Shown: positions 17,476 through 26,756, counted from the first letter of the stretch. The stretch: 64,000 nucleotides of DNA from Planctomycetota bacterium (GCA_002748355.1 PDSF01000027.1:130414-194413), one strand, 5' to 3'. Notes: generated by a model not told the origin, from the letters alone. Numbers and translations are program-made.

Positions 17476-18831
17476 CTAGTACTCCCGGCGGCGCCAACTC
17501 GATGGGATCTTGAGTTCCCGTCGATACTTGGCGATCGTCCGCCGCGCAACGTCGAAGCCCTCTTTCACGAGGATGCTGGCGATGGCCTCATCGGAGAGGG
17601 GCGCCGCTCGATCCTCGGCATCGACGACCTGGCGCACCCGCTCCTGGACACTCGCCCGCCCTAAGGATTCGCGGTCAGAGCCCCCCAGCTTGCGCCCCCC
17701 ATCGAAGAGCCGCCGTAGGGGAAAGATGCCGAAATCGGTCTGCACGTTCTTACCGGCGATCGCTCGGCTGACCGTCGAGAGATGCACCCCCACCGCATCC
17801 GCGACCTCCTGCATTTTGAGCGGAACCAGCTTCGCCGGCCCTCGCTCAAGGAAGCCGCGCTGCCGCTCCAGCATCGCCCTTGCCACCCGCCCCAGGGTGT
17901 CGCGGCGCTGTTCGATCGCCCGCATCAGCTCCCTGGCCGAACCGATTTTATCCCGCAGATACTGCCGCAGCTCGCTGCCCTGGCTGCGATCCTGAACCAG
18001 CGCCTCGTAGTCAGGCACGACCCGAAGCGGCGGCACCCGGGCGTCATCGACATAGATCTGCCATTCCCCGTCTTCCCGGCGCACGACGACATCGGCCTGC
18101 AGCGCCGCCGCCGCCTCCTCGGTGAAGATGCGGCCGGGGCAGGGCTCAAGATGGCGGAGCTTGGGCAAGAGCGAGCGCAGCTCCGCGATCTCCAGCCCCA
18201 GAGCCCTGGCAACCTTGGGCCAACGATTCTTGGCCAGGTCTTCGAGGTGCTCCGAGACGAGGGCCTTCAGGAGATCTGCGTCGGGATCCTCGGGATCGAT
18301 CTGGGCCAGCATGGAGGCAAGGGGGCCCGAGCGGCCAAGCCCGGCGGGCTCAAGGCTCCAGAGCAGTTCCAACGCCAAGTCCACGTCCTGACCCGGCAGG
18401 ATCGCCGCTAGTTCGCCTTCGTCGAAGAGCAAGTGGCCGTTCTCATCCAGACATCCGATCAGGAAGGACAGGGTCTCGCGAACGGCCTCCTCGATATCGA
18501 GCAGGGCGAGCTGCGCCAGCAAGCTGCCTTGCAGCCCGAGGCCCGGAGCCTCGACGAGGGTCATGGGGTCGAAGGACTCGTCACTCCGCGCCTGCGAGGC
18601 GCGCGGCGGCGCCTCCTCGTCGAAGTCGTCGGGGGGCTCCGCCGGCTCGGGCTGGGATGCCGTCTCCGCTGGGGGCGACAGCTCCAGCGTCTCATTGCTC
18701 GCCAATTCCTGCTCGACCATGCCTACGAGTTCGTAGGTGGACAGCTGCAAGATCTCGATGGCCTGCAACATCTGGGGCAGCAGCAGGAGCTTCTGCTCTT
18801 GCCGTGCAGCGAGTTGAACGTCGATCCTCAT
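17476..18831 (-). CDS. rpoN: RNA polymerase sigma-54 factor (copy 1)
   Basis: Region I MRIDVQLAARQEQKLLLLPQMLQAIEILQLSTYEL, HTH VADAVGVHLSTVSRA, and RpoN box ARRTIAKYRRELKIPSS. The classical rpoN-hpf-ptsN-npr neighbourhood supports the call. Confidence 0.9.
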   Translation of the reverse strand: MRIDVQLAARQEQKLLLLPQMLQAIEILQLSTYELVGMVEQELASNETLELSPPAETASQPEPAEPPDDFDEEAPPRASQARSDESFDPMTLVEAPGLGLQGSLLAQLALLDIEEAVRETLSFLIGCLDENGHLLFDEGELAAILPGQDVDLALELLWSLEPAGLGRSGPLASMLAQIDPEDPDADLLKALVSEHLEDLAKNRWPKVARALGLEIAELRSLLPKLRHLEPCPGRIFTEEAAAALQADVVVRREDGEWQIYVDDARVPPLRVVPDYEALVQDRSQGSELRQYLRDKIGSARELMRAIEQRRDTLGRVARAMLERQRGFLERGPAKLVPLKMQEVADAVGVHLSTVSRAIAGKNVQTDFGIFPLRRLFDGGRKLGGSDRESLGRASVQERVRQVVDAEDRAAPLSDEAIASILVKEGFDVARRTIAKYRRELKIPSSWRRREY

Positions 18832-18926
18832 TTGTGCCTTGCCTAGTCCTCCATCGACAGGCAAAGGCAAGTGCTTGAGGGGGCGAAGCCCAGCAATTCC
18901 TATGAGTGGGACTGCGGGCTGAGGCC

Positions 18927-19529
18927 TTAGTCGAGCGGACGACGGCCCTCGAAAGCATCGCTGAGAATGGTGTGTTGCACCTGTGCGATCGTCGCTCCCG
19001 CGGGCACACCGCGGGCGATTCGCGTCACCTTGACTCCGCTCCCGGCCAGGCGCTCACGGATCAACTCGGCGCTGGCCTCTCCTTCGAGATCGGGGTCGGT
19101 AGCGATGCAGACTTCGAGACCGCTTTGCCCCTGCACCCGCTTGACGAGCGAGGCAATGGTCAGGTCGCTCTCGCCGATCTCTTCGAGGGGGGCGATGCGC
19201 CCCTGCAAGACGTGGTAGAGCCCACGATAGCCCGAAGCCTCGAAAGCCAAGAGCTCACGCGGCGACTCGACCACCAAGATCGTGCCTTGCTCTCGCGTCG
19301 TATCCGCACAAACCCAGCAGGGGTCACTCTGGTCGAGATTGGCGCAGAGCGAGCAGACGCAGATCTCCTCGCGGGCACGCTGGATCGCATGCGCCAGGGC
19401 AAGAGCCTCGTGCTTGGGCACCTCCAGCAGGTGGTAGGCCAAGCGCTCCGAACTCACCGGGCCGATACCCGGAAGCTCTGCGAGCGCGGCCGCGAGCAGC
19501 TCGAGCGCCGCGGGGCGTTTCGCCGCCAC
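18927..19529 (-). CDS. recR: recombination protein RecR
   Basis: LPGIGPVSSERLAYHLL, a C4 zinc finger CSLCANL...CWVC, and a Toprim region. Confidence 0.95.
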   Translation of the reverse strand: MAAKRPAALELLAAALAELPGIGPVSSERLAYHLLEVPKHEALALAHAIQRAREEICVCSLCANLDQSDPCWVCADTTREQGTILVVESPRELLAFEASGYRGLYHVLQGRIAPLEEIGESDLTIASLVKRVQGQSGLEVCIATDPDLEGEASAELIRERLAGSGVKVTRIARGVPAGATIAQVQHTILSDAFEGRRPLD

Positions 19530-19532
19530 CGG

Positions 19533-19850
19533 TCAGAAGTTGAGGCCGGGGAGGTTCAGCCCGCCGGTCAACTTGGACGACTCGCTCTGCTCGAGCGCCT
19601 TCGCCTTCTCCAGCGCCACCTTGAAGGCAGCCGCGACCATCTCTTCGAGCCCTTCGACGTCTTCGGGGTCGACGGCCTCGGGGTCGATCTTGACGCCCAT
19701 GACCTCGCGCAGCCCATTGACATAGGCACGCACTGCGCCGCCACCCGCCGAGCCTTCTTCGATCCTGTCCTTCAGTTCGTTCTGCAGGGACTGCATACGG
19801 TCTTGCAATTGCTTGGCCTGCCGCAGCAGGTTCATGTCACCGGCCATCAA
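19533..19850 (-). CDS. ybaB: nucleoid-associated protein YbaB/EbfC
   Basis: 105 aa, NLLRQAKQLQDRMQSLQNEL...GGGAVRAYVNG. The gene sits in the conserved dnaX-ybaB-recR order. Confidence 0.9.
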   Translation of the reverse strand: MMAGDMNLLRQAKQLQDRMQSLQNELKDRIEEGSAGGGAVRAYVNGLREVMGVKIDPEAVDPEDVEGLEEMVAAAFKVALEKAKALEQSESSKLTGGLNLPGLNF

Positions 19851-19862
19851 TGCTCCTCGTGG

Positions 19863-21746
19863 TCATTCGTTCGTGGCGCTGGGATTGTCGTCGTTCTTCT
19901 CGAGCTCCCGCTTCTCCAGGAAGCGAGCACCAAAGAGATCCTGGATTTCGTGGCCAAGCGGCGGCAGCTCGATGTCCTCGGGCGTAGGGCGCGCGCGCGC
20001 ATCGGGCTGATGCTGGGCCGGGCGATTTGGCTGCTTGCGGCTAGGCGCCTGCCGCCCAAACTCGGGTTTCTGCCCGCTGGCGGCCTGCGGCTTGGGCAGG
20101 GGCGAGGGACCCGGCGACGTCTGGGATGCGCCCGAGCCGCCCGGGAGAGATGCCGTGCCGCCCGCTGGCGCAGCTCCGCCTGCTGGCTCCTCGCCGCCCG
20201 TAGAGATCACCAGAGCCACCGGCCGAGCACAGACACGGGTGAAGAGCTGCTGGAGGTAGCTCTTCGTGTGCTCCGAATCGAGCAAGCGCTGGTCGAAGGC
20301 CTTGATCCGCTCGAAGCTCAGCAACGCCCGCGCATCTCCGTCCCAGCGCAACTGCGCTCGGCCGAGCAGGGCCCCAATCATCTTCTTTTCGGCAAGAGCG
20401 GTCTCGACGATGCGCTGCCAGGCATCACCGGCAGAAGCGACAGGACTCGGCGCAGTGTTGGCAGCAGGGCGGCTCGGTGTCTGAGCCGAACTCGGCGCCG
20501 GAGCTTGCCGGGACGCCGGCGTCGGCACAGCAGCAGGCGCCGCAGCGGCAAGCGGCGCGCTGCTGGCACTGCCCCCCCCCGTCTCGGCCGCTGCTCCAGC
20601 GGCGATCTCGCCCAAGCTCATCAACTCACTGATCTGCGCCAGCCGCACCAGGGTCAGCTCGAAGAAGACCCGCCGGTCGTCGATCTGCCGGATGCGATCG
20701 CGCGCGAGGATGAGGATCTGCATGCGGGCGTCGAGCTCGGCCAGCGAAGCGCTCTTCGCCAAAGCAAGCAGTCGCTCACGGGATTCGCCACTGGCCTCGA
20801 GCAACACGGTCTCGGGCCCATCCACCCGCAGCACGAAGAGCTGACGCAGCACGGCAAGCACTTCGCCAAGGCATTCGCGCTCGTCGACACCGGTCTGCGC
20901 GGCTTCGAAGGCGAAGTTCAAGGCAGCCCGCGTATCTCCGGCAAGACAGGCTTTGACCAAGTGGCTAGTGCGCGCAAAGCCCAAGCGACCCTCAAGCCGG
21001 CGATAGCCTTCGAGGTCGAGCCCTGCGGCCAAGGGGAGCATCCTCTCAAGGGCGGTTTCAGCATCACGCAGACCTCCCAGGGAAGAGGCCGCGATTTCGC
21101 CCAGGATCTCGGGGTCGACCGCGACCCCCTCCTGCTCGGCGATCTGGGCCAAGCGCGCGCGGATGTCCTTTTCCTGGATGCGCCGGAAGGTCAGCACCTG
21201 GCAGCGCGAGCGCACCGTATCCGGAACCTTGTGCAGCTCAGTGGTCGCCAGCACAAAGATGACGTGCTCGGGCGGCTCCTCCAGGATCTTCAGCAGGGCA
21301 TTGAAGGCCGAGCGCGAGAACATGTGGACCTCGTCGAGGACGAAGACCTTCTTGCGCAGGCGCAAAGGCGCATAGCCCGCCTGCTCTCGGAGGGCGCGCA
21401 CCTCATCGACGCCGTTGTGGGAGGCCGCATCCAGCTCCACAACATCGCTGGCAGTGCCAGCAAGGATCTCCCGGCAAGCAGCACATTCGCCACAGGGCTC
21501 GGCGCTGACGCCCTTCTCGCAGTTGACCGCACGCGCAAGGATGCGTGCGGAGGTGGTCTTGCCCACCCCACGACTGCCACAGAAGAGGAAGGCGTGCGGG
21601 ACGCGGCCTTCATTCAGGCAGGACTGGAGCGTGCGAATGACCCCTTCTTGGCCGACGACATCCCCAAAACGGGCGGGCCGGAAGCGGCGGGCGAGCACCT
21701 GGTAGCTGCTGCGGCTCTGGTCGGATTCGGCTGGCGGCTCTGACAT
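19863..21746 (-). CDS. dnaX: DNA polymerase III subunits gamma/tau
   Basis: YQVLARRFRPARFGDVVGQE, GSRGVGKTT, the zinc module CGECAACREI, and VFVLDEVHM. The C-terminal half is rich in Ala and Pro. Confidence 0.95.
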   Translation of the reverse strand: MSEPPAESDQSRSSYQVLARRFRPARFGDVVGQEGVIRTLQSCLNEGRVPHAFLFCGSRGVGKTTSARILARAVNCEKGVSAEPCGECAACREILAGTASDVVELDAASHNGVDEVRALREQAGYAPLRLRKKVFVLDEVHMFSRSAFNALLKILEEPPEHVIFVLATTELHKVPDTVRSRCQVLTFRRIQEKDIRARLAQIAEQEGVAVDPEILGEIAASSLGGLRDAETALERMLPLAAGLDLEGYRRLEGRLGFARTSHLVKACLAGDTRAALNFAFEAAQTGVDERECLGEVLAVLRQLFVLRVDGPETVLLEASGESRERLLALAKSASLAELDARMQILILARDRIRQIDDRRVFFELTLVRLAQISELMSLGEIAAGAAAETGGGSASSAPLAAAAPAAVPTPASRQAPAPSSAQTPSRPAANTAPSPVASAGDAWQRIVETALAEKKMIGALLGRAQLRWDGDARALLSFERIKAFDQRLLDSEHTKSYLQQLFTRVCARPVALVISTGGEEPAGGAAPAGGTASLPGGSGASQTSPGPSPLPKPQAASGQKPEFGRQAPSRKQPNRPAQHQPDARARPTPEDIELPPLGHEIQDLFGARFLEKRELEKNDDNPSATNE

Positions 21747-21852
21747 GCGAGGGAACTTCGGGACGGGCGCTAGAGAGAGCGAGATGCTAGCGAGCCGGAA
21801 ACATCACGAGGACAAAGACCGGATCCATCACGAGGAAAAAAAAGGAGCGAGA

Positions 21853-21955
21853 GGGCCCGAGTGACGGCCAGGTGATCCGAGACATGACACCGCATGCTTA
21901 TGGCTGCTCCGTTCCCGGCCTGACCAGGTTCGCACCGCACCATTACTCGGGACCC
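21853..21955 (-). ncRNA. ffs: signal recognition particle RNA (small 4.5S type)
   Basis: The minus strand reads CCUGGUCAGGCCGGGAACGGAGCAGCCAUAAGCA, matching the domain IV consensus (GGAA tetraloop, AGCAGCC). The terminal helix pairs GGG(U)CCCGAGU with ACUCGGGCCC, and a U8 run follows at 21836-21843. The ends are approximate. Confidence 0.8.
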
Positions 21956-21984
21956 GACCGTCATCCGTGCCCTCCCGCTCCCAT

Positions 21985-22074
21985 TGGCGGAGAGAGGGGG
22001 ATTCGAACCCCCGGTAGGGTTGCCCCTACACTCGCTTTCCAAGCGAGCCCCTTCAGCCACTCGGACATCTCTCC
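21985..22074 (-). tRNA. tRNA-Ser (anticodon GGA), CCA encoded
   Basis: GGAGAGA-TG-TCC-GAGTGGCTGAA-GGG-G-CTCGC-TTGGAAA-GCGAG-long variable arm-GGGGG-TTCGAAT-CCCCC-TCTCTCC-G-CCA. Confidence 0.9.
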
Positions 22075-22187
22075 ACAGATAGGTCGCAAAAGAACAAGCG
22101 CCGCAACAGCATCACTGCCGCAAAAGAACGGCAGCAAAGAACGGCAGCAGAGCCGCGCCCGCAAGCGCGACTCCGCATCGGTCCTGC

Positions 22188-22277
<90 letters not shown>

Positions 22278-22295
22278 CCGAAAGCAGGGCGGGGG

Positions 22296-22324
22296 ATTGT
22301 CGGCATGGCCCCCTAGGCTGTAAA
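22296..22324 (-). promoter_or_regulatory. candidate sigma-70-type promoter for the tRNA-Ser/SRP RNA/dnaX region
   Basis: The minus strand has TTTACA-N17-GACAAT. The -10 element ends 18 nt upstream of the mature tRNA 5' end. Confidence 0.4.
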
Positions 22325-22404
22325 GGCTTGAGTTTTGCCCTAGGCCAGGAAAACAAGCGCAACTTGCCCCCGGGACCTGCCTCTGGGGCTCAAAGCCGGT
22401 CGAT

Positions 22405-22839
22405 TCAGCGGGAGCGCCGTTCGCGGAAGAAGGCCTTGAGCAGCTCGGCACTCTCGACCGCCAATACTCCCTCCACGCTCTGGTAACGGTGGTTCAATCG
22501 GCGGTCGCTGGGAAGATCCGCCAACGAGCCACAGGCCCCAAACTTGGGATCTCGGGCCCCGAACACCAGCCTTTCGATGCGCGCGTGCGTCAACGCCCCG
22601 GCGCACATAAAGCAGGGCTCCAGCGTGCAAAAAAGCTCGCAGCCTTGCAGTCGCCCCACCCCCAGCTGCTCACAGCCCGAGCTGATCGCCAGCATCTCGG
22701 CATGGGCGGTCGGATCGTGCAGCTCTTCGCAACGGTTGCCGGCACGAGCGATGACTTCGCTGTCATGGACCAGAATGCAGCCGACCGGCACCTCGCCCCG
22801 TTCGCCAGCGTCCATGGCCTCGCTGAGAGCCATCGCCAT
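22405..22839 (-). CDS. tadA: tRNA-specific adenosine deaminase
   Basis: EVPVGCILVH, the deaminase zinc motifs DPTAHAEMLAI and TLEPCFMCAGAL. I chose the ATG at 22839. The track ORF runs on to 23178, antisense to the next gene. Confidence 0.85.
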   Translation of the reverse strand: MAMALSEAMDAGERGEVPVGCILVHDSEVIARAGNRCEELHDPTAHAEMLAISSGCEQLGVGRLQGCELFCTLEPCFMCAGALTHARIERLVFGARDPKFGACGSLADLPSDRRLNHRYQSVEGVLAVESAELLKAFFRERRSR

Positions 22840-22975
22840 GAAGAAAAGGTCGCGCTCGCGCCCCGAGCCAGGCTGGTTCAGGAGTGAAGGATGGAGCTGA
22901 TCCAAGTCTCGGTCTTCCGTGAAGGGCAAATCTGCGGCAGAGTTGGGCTCCTCTACCTGAAACCAGAGGCCTTCC

Positions 22976-23977
22976 TTGAGCAAGCGCGACCTCCTGAGTC
23001 CGGACGATCTCAACGACGAAGAACTCGTCAACCTCCTCGAACTCGCCGAACGCATGCAGCGCCGCGGCCCGCGGGACCTGCTCAAAGGCCGGATCCTGGG
23101 CTTGCTGTTCCGCGACCCGAGCCTGCGCACCCGCGTCAGCTTCGATGTCGCGATTTCACAACTCGGCGGCCGGGCCATCGCCCTCTCCTCGGACGACGCC
23201 TACGGAGTCGAGGCCATGCCGGACGCCAAGATGGACGGCAGCGCCGAGGAGCACGTCAAGGACGCTGCCCTCGCCCTCTCGCGCTACCTCGACGTGCTCG
23301 GCCTGCGCGAGTCGGCCCGGGGCGGAAGCTGGAAAGAGGATAGGGAGGATCCTCTGCTGCGTGCCTACGCCGAACATGCCAGCATCCCGATCATCAATTT
23401 GCAGTCGCACATGCATCATCCCTGCCAAGCGCTGGCCGATGCGATGACCATGCGCAGCAAGGTGCGCGAACTCCGAGGACGGCGACTGACCCTCGCCTGG
23501 ACACAGGACCCACAAGCACAGAGCGTCGGCGTCCCACACTCGCTCGTTCTGGTCGCGACCAGGCTCGGCATGGATCTGCGCATCGCCCACCCCCAGGGCT
23601 TCGAGCTCGACGACGAGGTGCTCGAAACCGCTCGCGGCCATGCCGCTCGCTGCGGCGGGACGGTGGAAATCAGCCACGACCTGGAGTCGGCCTGCGAAGG
23701 GGCCGACTTCGTCTACGCCCGCTCCTGGCGTTCCATCCCCTCCTACGACGACCCCGATCGCGAGCGGCTGCTGAAGCGATCGCTCGACCACTGGATGCTC
23801 ACGCCCGAACTCATCGAGCTAGGCAATCCCGCCTGGCTGATGCAGCCGCTGCCCGTCCGCCGCAAGGTCTCGGTGGCTAGCGAGGTGCTGGACGGTCCCT
23901 GGTCGCTCATCGGGGAACAGGCGGAGAATCGTCTGCACCTGCAGAAGGCGCTGCTGGTCTTCCTGCTGGGGTCCTAA
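22976..23977 (+). CDS. N-acetyl-L-ornithine-type carbamoyltransferase (ArgF' / AOTCase-SOTCase subfamily)
   Basis: SLRTRVSFDVA, MDGSAEEHVKD...SWKEDREDPLL, HHPCQALADAM and LPVRRKV...EQAENRLHLQKALL. By recollection this closely parallels the Xanthomonas AOTCase rather than classical OTCase. The start is TTG. Confidence 0.75.
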   Translation: MSKRDLLSPDDLNDEELVNLLELAERMQRRGPRDLLKGRILGLLFRDPSLRTRVSFDVAISQLGGRAIALSSDDAYGVEAMPDAKMDGSAEEHVKDAALALSRYLDVLGLRESARGGSWKEDREDPLLRAYAEHASIPIINLQSHMHHPCQALADAMTMRSKVRELRGRRLTLAWTQDPQAQSVGVPHSLVLVATRLGMDLRIAHPQGFELDDEVLETARGHAARCGGTVEISHDLESACEGADFVYARSWRSIPSYDDPDRERLLKRSLDHWMLTPELIELGNPAWLMQPLPVRRKVSVASEVLDGPWSLIGEQAENRLHLQKALLVFLLGS

Positions 23978-24036
23978 GCGCGCCGCCCCCCTCAGCAGCC
24001 ACCCAGCTCTCCCCAGCAAGAGAAAGCCCGGCAGGC

Positions 24037-24999
24037 TCAGAGCAAGCCGCGTTCGCGGTACCAGCCGGCCGTGCTTTCGTGCCCCGCCAGATGCGCGGTG
24101 CCACCGCGAAAGCCCAAGTGCGCCTGCGCCGGACCAGGGTCACAGATCCAAGAGCCGGCACGCATCTCCCGGTATTTGTCCCGGCCAAAGACCGGCGCCT
24201 TGCCGCGCATCCGGCCCCAGAGCTCGGCCAGCTCGGCAGTGAGTTTGGCGGCAAAGAGCGGCAGGCGCAGGATCCGGATCTTGCGCCCGACAGCCCGCCC
24301 AATCAGGCGCATCCATTCCGCGTCGCCCAGCGGCTCCTCGTGCGCGATCGGCAGGTACTGCCCAGCGAAGTCGCTACGCTCCAGCGCCGCAAGCACCGCC
24401 GCCACCAAGTCATCGACATGGACGAGCGAGTAGCGCACCGAGGGCCCGGCCAGGAGGGCGATGCCCTTAGCGCAGCTGCGGAACAGCGTCAGCACATCGC
24501 TATCCCAGGGGCCGTAGACGATTCCCGGACGCAGGGTGACAAAGGGCAGCCCCGACGCCGCCACCACCTTCTCGGCCGCGAGCTTGCTCTCGCCATAGCG
24601 AGAAACCGGGCGGCAGAGATCGGGAGGCAAGCCGGACTGTCCCCCATCAGCGCTCGGCCCCGCTGCCGCCAGGGAGGAGACCTGAATCCACTTGGCTGCT
24701 GGGGCCTGCTCCCGCACCCGCTCCACGAGCTTCTGGGTGCCCGCCTCGTTGACTCGCAGCATTTCCTGAGGATCAAGGGCATGCAGCAGTCCCGCCAGGT
24801 GGACGACGAGATTCAGTCCCTCGGGCAGAGCCGGAAGTTTGCCGCTCAAATCGCCTTGGAGCAGGCGCTCGCTTGCAAGGCCCCGCTCCACCGCCTTTTC
24901 AGGCGATCGCACGAGGGCGAGATAGTCCAGCCCGCGCTCTTCGAGAGTTCGGCAGAGGTTGGTCCCAACGAACCCGGTCGCTCCTGTCACCAGAATCAT
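24037..24999 (-). CDS. NAD(P)-dependent epimerase/dehydratase-family SDR
   Basis: MILVTGATGFVGTNL Rossmann motif and a YGESK catalytic region. Confidence 0.75.
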   Translation of the reverse strand: MILVTGATGFVGTNLCRTLEERGLDYLALVRSPEKAVERGLASERLLQGDLSGKLPALPEGLNLVVHLAGLLHALDPQEMLRVNEAGTQKLVERVREQAPAAKWIQVSSLAAAGPSADGGQSGLPPDLCRPVSRYGESKLAAEKVVAASGLPFVTLRPGIVYGPWDSDVLTLFRSCAKGIALLAGPSVRYSLVHVDDLVAAVLAALERSDFAGQYLPIAHEEPLGDAEWMRLIGRAVGRKIRILRLPLFAAKLTAELAELWGRMRGKAPVFGRDKYREMRAGSWICDPGPAQAHLGFRGGTAHLAGHESTAGWYRERGLL

Positions 25000-25406
25000 G
25001 GATCCCGTCCCACCTCGAAAAAGCCATCCGCTGCTGCCCGATCGCCCAAGTCTTCAATGGGAGGCTGCCAAAGCGCCCCCCCATAGCAGTCTGCTGGGCG
25101 AGGAAACCGTAGGCAAAACGGTCGATTCGTCGAGGCTTTCCTGGCCTGGAGCCAAAAGCCCCCTGCTGGATCGCGGCAACAACTCCCCCCGAAAGCGCAG
25201 GGGCTGTTCTCCCAGGCCCAGCCAAGCCAGGAGGCCAAGGCGACCTTTTTGTTGACCTTTTAGGGTCGATCAAAGACTCTACGCAGCTGGAACTGCCCGG
25301 ACTCGACTGGGCCCATCGTCCCCTGGGCAAGCTGCCCCGATCCTTCAGGCCACAACTTGCCCAACCGCCTTAGGTTATGGCGGCCCAGTAACCGGAGCCC
25401 ACGAAC

Positions 25407-26597
25407 TTGGACCTCTTCGATAAGTGTCATAGCTTCACTCGCCCCTCTGAGCTGAAGCGCATCGGCATCTACCCCTACTTCCGCCACATCGGTGAGAGCA
25501 GGGGCACAGAAGTCGAAATCGATGGGCGGCGGCTGCTGATGATCGGTAGCAACAACTACCTCGGGGTTACCCACGATCCTCGGGTCATCGAAGCCGGCGA
25601 GAAGGCCATCCGAGACTTCGGCTCGGGCTGCACAGGCAGCCGCTTCTTGAATGGCACCCTCGAAATGCACGAGGAGCTGGAAGCCCGGCTGGCTAGCTTC
25701 CTCAATAAGGAAAGCTGCTTGGTCTTTACCACGGGTTTCCAGACCAACCTCGGCGTGATCTCCAGCCTGGTCGGTCGCGGCGACGCGATCTTCTGCGACC
25801 GCGAGAACCACGCCTCGATCATGGACGGCTGCCGGCTCTCCTTCGGCGAGATCATCAAGTTCAAGCACGACGACATGGAGGACCTCGAGGAGCAGCTACG
25901 GCGTTACCAGCCCCTGCGCCGCGGCGGCCAGCTGATCATCGTCGATGGTGTGTTCTCGATGCTCGGCGACATCGTCAACCTGCCGAGCATCGTCGAGCTG
26001 GCCAAGCGCTACGACGCCAGGCTCCTGGTTGATGATGCCCACGCCTGTGGCGTCCTGGGTGCAGGTGGCCGCGGCACCGCCGAGCACTTTGGCCTCGAAA
26101 GCGACGTCGACATGGTGCTCGGCACCTTCTCCAAGAGCTTCGGCTCCATCGGCGGCTTCGTCGCCGGAGAGAAGTCGGTGATCGAATACGTCAAGCACCA
26201 TGCGCGGGCGATGATTTTCTCGGCGTCACTGCCGCCCAGCGCTGCAGCCTCGACCCTGGCCGCCCTCGACATTATCCAGCAGGAGCCCGAGCGTCGGCAG
26301 CGGCTCCACGAGAACGCCCGTTTCTTGCGCGAGAGCTTCCAGCAACTGGGCTTCGACACCGGGCCGAGCCAGACCCCGGTCATCCCAGTCATCGTCGGCA
26401 ACCAAGAGGCCTGCTTCCGCTTCTGGCGTGAACTCTTCGACGCCGGCGTCTTCACCAATCCAGTGACGACCCCAGCCGTGCCTCCGGGCATGGACCTGCT
26501 GCGGACCTCGGTCATGGCAACGCATACCCAATCGCAGCTCGAAGAGGTCCTCGACATCGTGGCCCGCATCGCGCGCAAGCTTCGCCTCGTAGCCTGA
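25407..26597 (+). CDS. PLP-dependent alpha-oxoamine synthase, serine palmitoyltransferase/KBL-like
   Basis: IGIYPYFRHI...LMIGSNNYLGVTHDP, DDAHACGVLG, and GTFSKSFGSIGGFVAG (PLP lysine). The start is TTG, with GGAG upstream. Confidence 0.8.
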   Translation: MDLFDKCHSFTRPSELKRIGIYPYFRHIGESRGTEVEIDGRRLLMIGSNNYLGVTHDPRVIEAGEKAIRDFGSGCTGSRFLNGTLEMHEELEARLASFLNKESCLVFTTGFQTNLGVISSLVGRGDAIFCDRENHASIMDGCRLSFGEIIKFKHDDMEDLEEQLRRYQPLRRGGQLIIVDGVFSMLGDIVNLPSIVELAKRYDARLLVDDAHACGVLGAGGRGTAEHFGLESDVDMVLGTFSKSFGSIGGFVAGEKSVIEYVKHHARAMIFSASLPPSAAASTLAALDIIQQEPERRQRLHENARFLRESFQQLGFDTGPSQTPVIPVIVGNQEACFRFWRELFDAGVFTNPVTTPAVPPGMDLLRTSVMATHTQSQLEEVLDIVARIARKLRLVA

Positions 26598-26756
26598 GGG
26601 CAAGCTGCCGGAAGTAGCGAATTCGGCCGCGGCGAATGGTCGGCAAATGCCGGGACCCAGGCTCTTCGCCTTCCCATCGGCCTTTGCATGCGGCATGATT
26701 CCGCGCCGCGCACGACGCATCGGCCAGGGGGGCCAAGGTTCCAAGGGGAGGGAACG

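Noticed and set aside
18906-21743. 945-aa ORF on the plus strand
   Set aside because: It is antisense to recR, ybaB and dnaX, all of which have unmistakable motifs. Its composition is Arg/Gly/Leu/Ala-rich, as expected for an open antisense frame in GC-rich DNA, and it has no recognisable domain.
19863-21746. Classical A-rich programmed frameshift heptamer in dnaX
   Set aside because: I found no A AAA AAG-type site by eye. Only the G9 tract, reported separately, is present.
22840-23178. N-terminal extension of the tadA ORF
   Set aside because: The deaminase domain begins near the Met at 22839, and the extension overlaps the divergent carbamoyltransferase gene. An alternative start a few codons upstream cannot be excluded.
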